Shown piece by piece: positions 7,390 through 15,567 of a stretch of DNA of 32,000 nucleotides. The stretch lies in assembly GCF_000022265.1 (NCBI RefSeq), contig NC_011979.1, forward strand, positions 2,700,001 to 2,732,000, in the 5' to 3' direction. The notes beneath the pieces are model-generated. The model was not told where the DNA came from. It made no database searches and worked only from the letters and a program-made list of their open reading frames with translations. Positions within the stretch are counted from its first letter, which is position 1; each line of letters starts with the position of its first letter. The translations under genes and the position numbers were made by a program. The stretch comes from Geotalea daltonii FRC-32 (GTDB lineage: Bacteria > Desulfobacterota > Desulfuromonadia > Geobacterales > Geobacteraceae).

Positions 7390-8715
7390 ATGAGTCAAGC
7401 AAAAGTTGTCGAACTTTATCCCGATATTGCCGAAGCGCCGCGGTATTCCTGTGCCCTTGGCGGAGCTTATGTAACCGCACTTGCAGTCACCCATGCGGCT
7501 CCCATTCTTCATTCGGGTGCCGGATGCGGCCTTGGCCAGCAGTTCGGCCAGAACTATGCCGGCGGCATGAATGCCGCAGGCCGCCATGGCAACACAAGCA
7601 CTCCCTGCTCCTGCCTGGTGGAAGAGCATGTGGTATTCGGTGGAGAGGAGAAACTGCGCGACCTGATTGCATCGACCCTCAAGGTTGTCAAGGCTGACCT
7701 GTTCGCCGTAATTTCCGGCTGTGTTCCTTCCCTCATTGGTGACGATGTCGCGGCAGTGGTGAAAGAATTCAAAGGGCAAACGAATATAATTCATGTGCAA
7801 ACTGCCGGTTTTCTGGGCAATTCCTATCTGGGCTATGAACATTTCTTCGAGGCGGTAGTGGACCAGTTGCTGGCGCCGCTCCCGAAGCAGAAGAAACTTG
7901 TCAATATTTTCGGCATAGTGCCCAGCCAGCATATTCAGTGGAAGGGTCATCTGAGGGTTTTAAAGGCGCTGCTTGGAAAAATCGGCGTAGAGGCCAACAT
8001 CATTTTTACGGAAAAGGACGGTCTTGCGGCCCTGAAAAAGATCCCGGCTGCTGAATTGAACCTTGTCTTTTCACCATGGCTCGGGCTCAAGGTCGTTGAA
8101 AAATTGAAGGAAAAGTTTGAAACCCCATATGAGGTGATTCCTTTTGTGCCGGTAGGACCCCAGGACACTACCAGCTTCCTCAGGCAGATAGGTGAGCTGC
8201 TTCATATCCCGAAGAAGACGATTGAGGCGGTCGTGAAACCAGAGGAATGGGATGCCTACAATACCGCTGAATATTTCGGCGATCTTCTGGTAGTCGGCCT
8301 TCCCAATGCCTATTTCGGTGTGATTGCCGACAGCGGCACGGCCATCGGGCTGACCCGCTACGGCACCAATGAAATCGGTTTGCTTCCGGAGTTGGTGATT
8401 GTCAGCGATAATCCGCCTGAAGATTCGAGGGAGAATATTACTCGATTATTGACTGAGGGGCTGGCCAGCAGTATCAAACCCAAGGTCATTTTTGAGACAG
8501 ATAGTCACAAGATCAAGCTCATCCTGCAAAAGCACACCCTGCAGCTTCTGCTGGGTAGCTCGCTTGAAAAGCATCTGCCAAAGGGAGATGCCGGGTTTTT
8601 AAGCGTATCGTTTCCAACGTTCGACCGGATAGTTCTCGACCGGAGCTACGCCGGTTACCGGGGGGGGCTGAACTTTATTGAAGACGTGGGCGCACAGTTC
8701 TGCGGACCGTTGTAA
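7390..8715 (+). CDS. NifK-like subunit of nitrogenase-like enzyme, copy 1
   Basis: It starts 2 nt after the D1 stop. Blocks YSCALGGAY, HSGAGCG and ISGCVPSLIGDD correspond to the three NifK P-cluster cysteines. Confidence 0.85.
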   Translation: MSQAKVVELYPDIAEAPRYSCALGGAYVTALAVTHAAPILHSGAGCGLGQQFGQNYAGGMNAAGRHGNTSTPCSCLVEEHVVFGGEEKLRDLIASTLKVVKADLFAVISGCVPSLIGDDVAAVVKEFKGQTNIIHVQTAGFLGNSYLGYEHFFEAVVDQLLAPLPKQKKLVNIFGIVPSQHIQWKGHLRVLKALLGKIGVEANIIFTEKDGLAALKKIPAAELNLVFSPWLGLKVVEKLKEKFETPYEVIPFVPVGPQDTTSFLRQIGELLHIPKKTIEAVVKPEEWDAYNTAEYFGDLLVVGLPNAYFGVIADSGTAIGLTRYGTNEIGLLPELVIVSDNPPEDSRENITRLLTEGLASSIKPKVIFETDSHKIKLILQKHTLQLLLGSSLEKHLPKGDAGFLSVSFPTFDRIVLDRSYAGYRGGLNFIEDVGAQFCGPL

Positions 8716-8779
8716 TAAGTATCGGGATTGTCTCTGCTTGGTGGTAGAAGCGAGAAAGAAACAACTGCTGTAGAAGATG

Positions 8780-8837
8780 TGCTAACCAGAGATCTGGAGG
8801 CCGGTTATGCCTGATAAGGGCTACCGGCCTTTTTTTT
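8780..8837 (+). terminator. Hairpin module copy C: intrinsic terminator after the NifK-like gene
   Basis: TGCTAACCAGAGATCTGGAGGCC (small CCAG-agat-CTGG hairpin), then stem GGCCGGT (8799-8805) / ACCGGCC (8823-8829), then T8 (8830-8837). Confidence 0.7.
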
Positions 8838-8885
8838 AGGCGGCACCGGATCGCCGGACAGGTCGCCGGTGAAGGAGGGGAAACT

Positions 8886-11216
8886 TTGATACGGAAAATT
8901 GCAGAGAAAATCATCAGGTACAGGGTACAGGTCCTTCTGGTTATTGTGGCCTTGACCATATTCTTTGCCTGGCATCTTAAGGATATCAAGATTGCTTTCG
9001 GCGGTGGTGATATCGTTCCTCCCAACCATCCTTATGTAAAGTTGACTGAGAGGATGGTGGAGAAGTACGGCGGCGAGCATCTTGTGGAGATTGCCATCCA
9101 GGTAAAGCAGGGGGATGTTCTCGATCCGGTGAATCTGGCCAAGGTTTACAGGATCGACCAGAAACTGCGTGAAATGCAGGGAGTGGTTACCTCGAAGATT
9201 ATCTCGGTCGCATCCCGCAAGTTCTCGCGGGTTAACTTCGCCTATGACGAACTTGGATATTCCACCCTCCACTTCGAAAAGTATCAGGACCTTGTCCGGA
9301 AGATCAACGACGGAGACAGCAAGGAGGCTACTGCGTTCAGGGAAGAGGTGCTGAACAATGACATGATCTCCGGTACCATTGTGTCCCCCGACCGAAAGAG
9401 GACGCTCATTCTGGCCGGTTTCAGGTATGAAGAGGATTACCGGTACATATTCGAGACGTTACAGAAGATAGTAAACGAAGAAAAGGATGCAAACACAGAA
9501 TTTTTCCTGGCCGGGCGGCCGATCATGCTCGGTTATATTGACTCGGCATTCAGGGGAATTCTGGTCGTCTTCGCCATTGCCGTTCTGGTGATGGTGGTAA
9601 CCCTCTATCTGGACTTCCGGACCATCCGTGGCGTCCTTCTCCCTCTCTCTTCAGGTCTGATCGGCGTTGTCTGGGGACTCGGTTTCATGTCCCTCCTCGG
9701 GCACAGGATAGATGTCCTTGGGGTGACCATACCCTTCTTGCTGGTTGCACTGGCCCACGGTCATTCAGTCCAAATTCTCTCGCGGTACTACTATGAGTAT
9801 GCCAACGGCCGCAATCGGGAGGAAGCGGCAGTAGAGTCGATGATCGGCCTCTTGAAACCTATGACCACCTCTATTTTTGCCGATGCAGTGGGTCTGTTCG
9901 TCCTGATACTGATGCCTTTCCGAAGTATCCAGTCCATGGCGCTGGTGGGGACTGCAGGCATCGTGGCTATCTGCGTCGGCTGCTTTGTCTTGATACCGGT
10001 ATCCCTTGCACTACTCCCCCCCATGAAACAATCTTCAGTCAATCGTGAAGAGAGCTGGTTCGGGCCGATCTTCGAACGTTTGGCTAAATTTTCCCTTGGT
10101 AAGGGCAAAGTGCCGATCCTCGCTCTTACCGGTGTAGTGCTGGTAATTGCACTTGTGGGTGCTTTCAAGGTACGGGTCGGCGAACTACAGTCCGGTTCGC
10201 CCGATTTCTGGCCGAATGCCCCCTACAACAAGGCAGAGAAGGTCGTTGAGCAGATGACCGGCGGGAACCTCTATTGGATAAACATAGAGGGTGACCGCAC
10301 CGGCGCTCTTTACGATGCAAAGGTGATCAGTGACATCAACGCCCTTCAGCGACACCTGGGTGAGATGCCTGAGGTGGGTTACTCCATATCCTATGTGGAC
10401 GCCCTGAAAAAAGTAAATGCAGCAATGCATGAGAATGATCCGCGCTGGGAGATCCTTCCGAACGATACTGCTTCGGCGGGGGAACTGATTGGAATGATCG
10501 GGGGAAGCGAGGGGTACGACGAAAGCAAGGACATGTTCACCAAGGACTACAAGTCAGGCACCATCGCGGTTTTTCTCAAGGACCGCAAGCCGGAAACACT
10601 GAAAAACGTCATTTCCGGCACCTGTGACTTCCTGAAGAAAAATCAGGCGAGCGACATACGCTTCGAACTCCCTGGCGGAACAGCGGGCATCTATTCGGCA
10701 ATCAACGAGGAGATTGAGAAAAACGAGTTCCTTAGCGTCGTCATCGTCGTTGTGGCGTGTCTGATTCTTACCGTTCTTGCCTTCAAGTCATGGCTTGCCG
10801 CTCTCATCATCTTTGTACCCCTGCTTATCGGCAAGGCGATCACCATGGCCTTCATGGGTTATGGAGGCATTGGCTTCTTCATCTATACCTTGCCGGTTGT
10901 AACCCTCGGTTTCGGGCTGGGAATCGATTTCTCCCTCTACATTCTGGCCAGGCTTAAGGAAGAAATCTCTGAATCCGGTGATTTTGTCACGGGATACATC
11001 AAGGCGCTCGGCACTTCGGGGCGTGCCGTGCTCTTTACCGGTCTGACCATGACCGGCGGCCTGCTAACCCTTTGTCTGTCCGAGATGCGTTTCCAGGCGA
11101 TCCTCGGTTCCATGCTGAGCGTGGTGGTAATGGCCAACACGATCATCGCGCTACTGTTTTTCCCGGTTTTACTATCGGTCATCAAACCTAAATTCTTGTT
11201 TCAAAGAGGGGAATAA
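8886..11216 (+). CDS. RND-superfamily (MMPL/HpnN-like) inner-membrane permease
   Basis: 776 aa. TTG start preceded by GAAGGAGGGG (8871-8880, 5-nt spacing). Two blocks of about 6 hydrophobic helices each follow a large soluble loop, which is the RND/MMPL topology. No adaptor or OMF gene is adjacent. Confidence 0.8.
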   Translation: MIRKIAEKIIRYRVQVLLVIVALTIFFAWHLKDIKIAFGGGDIVPPNHPYVKLTERMVEKYGGEHLVEIAIQVKQGDVLDPVNLAKVYRIDQKLREMQGVVTSKIISVASRKFSRVNFAYDELGYSTLHFEKYQDLVRKINDGDSKEATAFREEVLNNDMISGTIVSPDRKRTLILAGFRYEEDYRYIFETLQKIVNEEKDANTEFFLAGRPIMLGYIDSAFRGILVVFAIAVLVMVVTLYLDFRTIRGVLLPLSSGLIGVVWGLGFMSLLGHRIDVLGVTIPFLLVALAHGHSVQILSRYYYEYANGRNREEAAVESMIGLLKPMTTSIFADAVGLFVLILMPFRSIQSMALVGTAGIVAICVGCFVLIPVSLALLPPMKQSSVNREESWFGPIFERLAKFSLGKGKVPILALTGVVLVIALVGAFKVRVGELQSGSPDFWPNAPYNKAEKVVEQMTGGNLYWINIEGDRTGALYDAKVISDINALQRHLGEMPEVGYSISYVDALKKVNAAMHENDPRWEILPNDTASAGELIGMIGGSEGYDESKDMFTKDYKSGTIAVFLKDRKPETLKNVISGTCDFLKKNQASDIRFELPGGTAGIYSAINEEIEKNEFLSVVIVVVACLILTVLAFKSWLAALIIFVPLLIGKAITMAFMGYGGIGFFIYTLPVVTLGFGLGIDFSLYILARLKEEISESGDFVTGYIKALGTSGRAVLFTGLTMTGGLLTLCLSEMRFQAILGSMLSVVVMANTIIALLFFPVLLSVIKPKFLFQRGE

Positions 11217-11254
11217 CCCCTTCTGCATGCAATCTAAAAGAAGGAGAGTACGGT

Positions 11255-12967
11255 ATGAATTTCAAACTGAAGAAGCTGGTCCCCTTGCTGGCATTGCTGG
11301 TGCTGGTGTCGAGCAGCATCAACGCCTGGTCCGCGGACGATAATGCGTCCGGGCAGGAAGCCACCGCTAACACCACCTCCACTGCCGAAACAACTGCGCC
11401 GGAAAATGCCGCTGGTGAAAGTGGTGCCATTGCCACTACCGCTTCCACTTCTGAAACAGCAGCGCCAGAAAATGCCGCCGGTGAAAATGACACCGTCGCT
11501 GCCACCGCTTCGGAACCGGGCAACGCCGCGGATACTGGGGCGGTGGAGACCCTGCAGGAGCCATTCGACCCGTTCAATGTGATCGTGTACAAGCCACTCT
11601 GGGCTCTTACCTCCGCGATCGGCGATTTCAACCCCATCGGTAAGCACGTTTCAGCTCCCCTTGAGGAGTCAGTCCCGGGGCTACGCGTAAAGGGTTTCAT
11701 CAACAGCATAACGCAGATCAACACTACCTCCACCGATCACAATACGGGCCTTGGGGGAAGAAACAAGGACTGGAGGCTGCAGAAGCAAGAGTTCCGCACC
11801 CAGCTCGAACTCAAATACCAGGCAAATGAGAACATCGAATTCGTCAACGTTAACAATTTCCAGTATGACGGCGCCTACGACTTTCAGGACAGCGACGGCC
11901 TCTACACGGATGGTTCCTCCAACCAGAAATACTATTCCCAGTTCAAACGGATCGTTCGCGAGGCCTATGTCCGCGGTAACTATGGAAACGTCAACTTCAC
12001 CCTTGGCAAGCAGATCGTCAACTGGGGCAAGATGGATGGTAAGGTCATCGATTTCGTCAATGCTGCCGACGGCCGTGACGTTGTAGATTTCCATATCGGT
12101 GATTACGAGTGGCGGGCCATCGGCCAATGGATGGCAAACGTATCGTTGCGACCAACCGAGAACATAACTACCACCTTTCTGTGGAACCCTGATTTCCAAC
12201 CCAATGTGGGGCCTGCGGGAGGTTCGCCGTGGTGGTTTCCTTTCGCTCAATCGCCCGTTTCCAGCGCCCAGCGACCTCCCGAGAGAAATCCTTCCGGTTT
12301 TGACCGGCTCGCGGATAGCGAAGGCGGGGTGCGAGTGGATACGACCATCGGCGCCTTGTCATTGAGTGGAATTTATTACAACGGATTTGATCGTGACGCG
12401 GTTTTCAACACATCAGATAACACTCTCCATCACACCCGCCTCAACCGCTATGGCTACGCGCTCGACTACGGAACCAGTATCTTCGGACAGCGGCTGATCA
12501 TCCGTTCGGAAGCACTCTATTCCCATGGTAAGGCATTCAGTACTTCGGATCCTTCGGCACCTGGCGGGATCGTAAAGAAAGACCAGCTCAAACTTGCCGT
12601 CGCCTTCGAGACCTCCGTGGGCTCGGACGAAAACAAGATCGACATCCTTTATCAGCCGATCTGGACCCGTCAGCTGGGATGGGATAGTCGCACCGGCGCC
12701 AAACTCAACGACCTCCTCCATGTCGTAAACCTGAGCCATTCCGTGCGCAAGACGAACGACAGGCTGAAACTGAGCACTACCGGGTACATTTCGGGGGGAT
12801 CAGGCTATGACGGCCTCAGCTACAACGTCTCGGCAGGATGGAAATTCAATGATTACCTCAAGGCAACGCTGGCCTATAACGATTTCGTCGGCAAAGACGA
12901 CGATATCCCCTGGGGTGCATATAGAAAATGGAAGAACGTGACGCTGGACGTCAAGTACGAGTTCTAA
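11255..12967 (+). CDS. Outer-membrane beta-barrel protein, DUF1302-like
   Basis: Signal peptide (LLALLVLVSSSINA/WS), Thr/Ala/Glu-rich linker, then alternating beta-strand-like sequence ending in the OMP signature ...DVKYEF with a C-terminal Phe. The DUF1302 assignment comes from overall pattern and gene neighbourhood, not from a search. Confidence 0.6.
   Translation: MNFKLKKLVPLLALLVLVSSSINAWSADDNASGQEATANTTSTAETTAPENAAGESGAIATTASTSETAAPENAAGENDTVAATASEPGNAADTGAVETLQEPFDPFNVIVYKPLWALTSAIGDFNPIGKHVSAPLEESVPGLRVKGFINSITQINTTSTDHNTGLGGRNKDWRLQKQEFRTQLELKYQANENIEFVNVNNFQYDGAYDFQDSDGLYTDGSSNQKYYSQFKRIVREAYVRGNYGNVNFTLGKQIVNWGKMDGKVIDFVNAADGRDVVDFHIGDYEWRAIGQWMANVSLRPTENITTTFLWNPDFQPNVGPAGGSPWWFPFAQSPVSSAQRPPERNPSGFDRLADSEGGVRVDTTIGALSLSGIYYNGFDRDAVFNTSDNTLHHTRLNRYGYALDYGTSIFGQRLIIRSEALYSHGKAFSTSDPSAPGGIVKKDQLKLAVAFETSVGSDENKIDILYQPIWTRQLGWDSRTGAKLNDLLHVVNLSHSVRKTNDRLKLSTTGYISGGSGYDGLSYNVSAGWKFNDYLKATLAYNDFVGKDDDIPWGAYRKWKNVTLDVKYEF
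11372..11500 (+). repeat. In-frame tandem duplication (~21 aa x2) in the linker of the DUF1302-like protein
   Basis: TTSTAETTAPENAAGESGAIA followed by TTASTSETAAPENAAGENDTVA. The nucleotide units are similar but not identical. Confidence 0.6.
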
Positions 12968-13024
12968 AAGAAAGCAACCCAGTGCACAAATGGAAATCGG
13001 ACCAACAAAAGAAGGAGATGCGAC

Positions 13025-13996
13025 ATGAAGATCGCAGATGTTGAAATGAAGACCCATCAGTTGAGGAAACCCGGTGCCCTTATCCACAGAATGGGGATTT
13101 CTCTGGTGATGCTGACAGTCGTCTCCATGCTTTTCGCCTGCTCAGGAAAAGGGGGAGAGAAGGTCAGTGCGTCGACGTGGAAAACTTATCAACTGCCCTT
13201 TAACCATGTGGTCTTCGATCTGAAGCAGACAGGAGAGAAGGATGGGTGGGCGGTTGGAGAGAGAGGGCTTATACTTCGGTTCGACGGCACGAAATGGGAG
13301 CAAGTCGAATCCCCGGTGGCTGTCCCCCTCTTTGCCATTGCCTTCCCTGAATCTGACCGCAGATGGGCAGTCGGGGCCGATGGGACGATTCTGGAAGGAA
13401 ATAGCGATGGTTGGAAGGAGGTTCAAAAGCCGGACAAGTGGCACCTCATGTCGGTTGCTTTCCCATCGCCGGCAGACGGATGGGCTGTCGGAGAGAGAGG
13501 TTCCATTGTTCACTATGACGGCAAGGAATGGAAAAAGGTTGAGTCACCAAAAAAAGTGGCCCTGAACCGAGTCGTATTCAACAACCCCAACGATGGATGG
13601 GCCGTGGGCAATCAGGGGGTGATCCTCCATTACGACGGCAAAGGATGGAAGGAGATTTCATCTTCCACTGACCGGACGCTGTACGGGATAGCATTCCGGA
13701 ACTCGAATGACGCCTGGGCGGTTGGAGAGAAGGGCACCATTCTTCATTATGACGGCAAGTCCTGGTCGAAAGCCGAAAGCCCGGTCGAACGAACCTTCCT
13801 CAATGTGGCCGTTTCCAATGGAAAGGATGCATATATCGTCGGGCGTGGCGGAGAACTGCTTTCCCTGCATGAAGGCAAGTGGACACAGGGCGCCGATTCC
13901 CTAACCAGAAAGACCCTGTATGCCATTGATATTCCGCCGGACGGGAAACCGTGGGTTGGGGCAACCACCCGCGATATCTTCAAAAAACAACTTTAA
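13025..13996 (+). CDS. Ycf48/BNR-like beta-propeller lipoprotein
   Basis: Lipobox MLFAC/SG. About 6-7 repeats of a ~47-aa unit (DGWAVGERGxILHYDGKxWxxVESP...), typical of photosystem-II-assembly-factor-like (Ycf48/Hcf136) propellers. Confidence 0.7.
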   Translation: MKIADVEMKTHQLRKPGALIHRMGISLVMLTVVSMLFACSGKGGEKVSASTWKTYQLPFNHVVFDLKQTGEKDGWAVGERGLILRFDGTKWEQVESPVAVPLFAIAFPESDRRWAVGADGTILEGNSDGWKEVQKPDKWHLMSVAFPSPADGWAVGERGSIVHYDGKEWKKVESPKKVALNRVVFNNPNDGWAVGNQGVILHYDGKGWKEISSSTDRTLYGIAFRNSNDAWAVGEKGTILHYDGKSWSKAESPVERTFLNVAVSNGKDAYIVGRGGELLSLHEGKWTQGADSLTRKTLYAIDIPPDGKPWVGATTRDIFKKQL

Positions 13997-14052
13997 GCTT
14001 TATCTGCTGAAATCATGCGGAAATTCATAAACCGTAGCGAAAGGAGAAAGAA

Positions 14053-15498
14053 ATGAAGAATCAGAAAATGAAGGGCGTGGTCGCGCTTGCCACCTTGGCT
14101 GCTATTGCAGCCACAGACCTATCGGTCGTGGCCCGGTTCGGTATCGCCAAGGAAAATGTTGATTGGGGTAAGGTAGCATGGACGCCGGCAAAATCTACTT
14201 CACCCTGGAAAGAGTGGAACTGGAACCCGAAGAAGGAAGGGCGGTCCTGGAAATATGTGGAGGAACTGTCGCAGGCAGAAAAGGATTACTGGCAGATCGA
14301 CGGGCGCTGGTCCCACGAGATCCCCAGGGACAAGGAGTATCCCAAATTGCCGGAGGAGAGATATCCGTTCAAGGCCCCATACAGTGGGGAGGAACTTAGC
14401 GCTCTTGGGGAAGCCGGGGGCGGGGGTACCGTTATGTGCGGCCTGCAGGCCCATAGTGGATACCACATTTCCCGGACCAAAGACCGGAACGGAGTTATCA
14501 GCAAATCAGACACGATCTGCAATACGATCAGGCACTACAAGACCTTTGCCGAACAACTCTACAAGTTCAAGCCTGGGCAGGAGACCGGCGCCTACCTCGT
14601 TGTCGTGGCCAATCCGCCCGAGTCCGCAGGCACCGTCTCGCTTTCAAAATTCTACAAGGATGGCCCCGGTGTTTCCAAGCTTGAAGACCGTTGGGCATAT
14701 CTGCCGTCGCTACGGCGTGTTCGCAGGATCTCCGGCGCCAGCGGCTCGGACTATATCCCCGGTTCGGTCGCTACCTATGATGACGTATTCCTTCGGGATT
14801 TCTGGAAATACGACTCGAAAATCATCGGTGTGGACATTCTCTATCAGGCCGTTAACAGCAAAAAGCCTTACGGACCCATTGCGGGGCCATATCGCGCCGA
14901 TGGCGGCATAGAGACCTATGTGGTTTTAAGCAAACCTGTAAAGAATGGGTACTATCTCAGTCAGTGGATCAGCTGGCATGAGAAAAAAACCGGTCATATC
15001 ATTCGTCAAGAACAATGGGACCGCAAGGGTAACTTTAAGAAGGTTTCGGAAAAAGGTCTTTCCGGGCAGGTCTTATACTTTAATAAACTCATCTACCCTT
15101 GGTCGGAAGGGTTCAAGGGCGGGCTGACCGAGAGCGGCGCCGAGCGACGGGCGATTTTGCACGGCGGAGGACCTGATCAGGTATGGGACGTGGAGCAGGA
15201 CGTGCAGACCTATACTATTCCCGACACTCCTGACAAAAAGATCTCCTATGAGAAGTTCGGCAACCTGGATGCCTATGCCGGCAAGGAGACATGGAAACAG
15301 CTGTTCCAGCCGCAAAGGATCGAGAATCCATTCGTGAAGCCGGTACCTGTGGTGAAATTCGAGGCAACGGATTTCCCTCCCACCCCTCCTCTCTATCGAG
15401 ATAAGTTTTCAAAGTTCCGCAAGATCTCGCTTCCTGCCGAGATCCTGCAAAAGATCAAGAAGGATGAACAGAGCAAGCGGGGACTTTTTAAATCTTAA
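14053..15498 (+). CDS. DUF1329-like periplasmic/outer-membrane-associated protein (LolA-like fold family)
   Basis: Signal peptide present. Block WAYLPSLRRVRRISGASGSDYIPGSVATYDDVF matches the DUF1329 core I recall (..PalRRvRR...tyDD..). AAAGGAGAAAG RBS upstream. Confidence 0.65.
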   Translation: MKNQKMKGVVALATLAAIAATDLSVVARFGIAKENVDWGKVAWTPAKSTSPWKEWNWNPKKEGRSWKYVEELSQAEKDYWQIDGRWSHEIPRDKEYPKLPEERYPFKAPYSGEELSALGEAGGGGTVMCGLQAHSGYHISRTKDRNGVISKSDTICNTIRHYKTFAEQLYKFKPGQETGAYLVVVANPPESAGTVSLSKFYKDGPGVSKLEDRWAYLPSLRRVRRISGASGSDYIPGSVATYDDVFLRDFWKYDSKIIGVDILYQAVNSKKPYGPIAGPYRADGGIETYVVLSKPVKNGYYLSQWISWHEKKTGHIIRQEQWDRKGNFKKVSEKGLSGQVLYFNKLIYPWSEGFKGGLTESGAERRAILHGGGPDQVWDVEQDVQTYTIPDTPDKKISYEKFGNLDAYAGKETWKQLFQPQRIENPFVKPVPVVKFEATDFPPTPPLYRDKFSKFRKISLPAEILQKIKKDEQSKRGLFKS

Positions 15499-15513
15499 GA
15501 CAAAAACAGATGA

Positions 15514-15549
15514 GAAGACGGGCCATTGGGACTCCACTGGCCCGTCTTC
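15514..15549 (+). terminator. Strong hairpin after the envelope operon (no U-tract)
   Basis: GAAGACGGGCCA (15514-15525) / TGGCCCGTCTTC (15538-15549), a 12-bp perfect stem followed by CTTGGGGGG rather than a T-run. Confidence 0.4.
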
Positions 15550-15567
15550 CTTGGGGGGATATTATAA

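Noticed and set aside
11188-11733. Minus-strand 181-aa and 137-aa ORFs and a plus-strand 79-aa ORF across the start of the DUF1302-like gene
   Set aside because: They are produced by the low-complexity Thr/Ala/Glu linker repeat, which is open in several frames. The plus-strand frame has a signal peptide and continues into the barrel.
14255-14911. 218-aa plus-strand ORF in an alternative frame of the DUF1329-like gene, and a similar one at 24155-24793 inside cbiQ
   Set aside because: These are out-of-frame overlaps with genes that carry recognisable family motifs. The sequences are Pro/Arg/Ser-rich with no recognisable domain.
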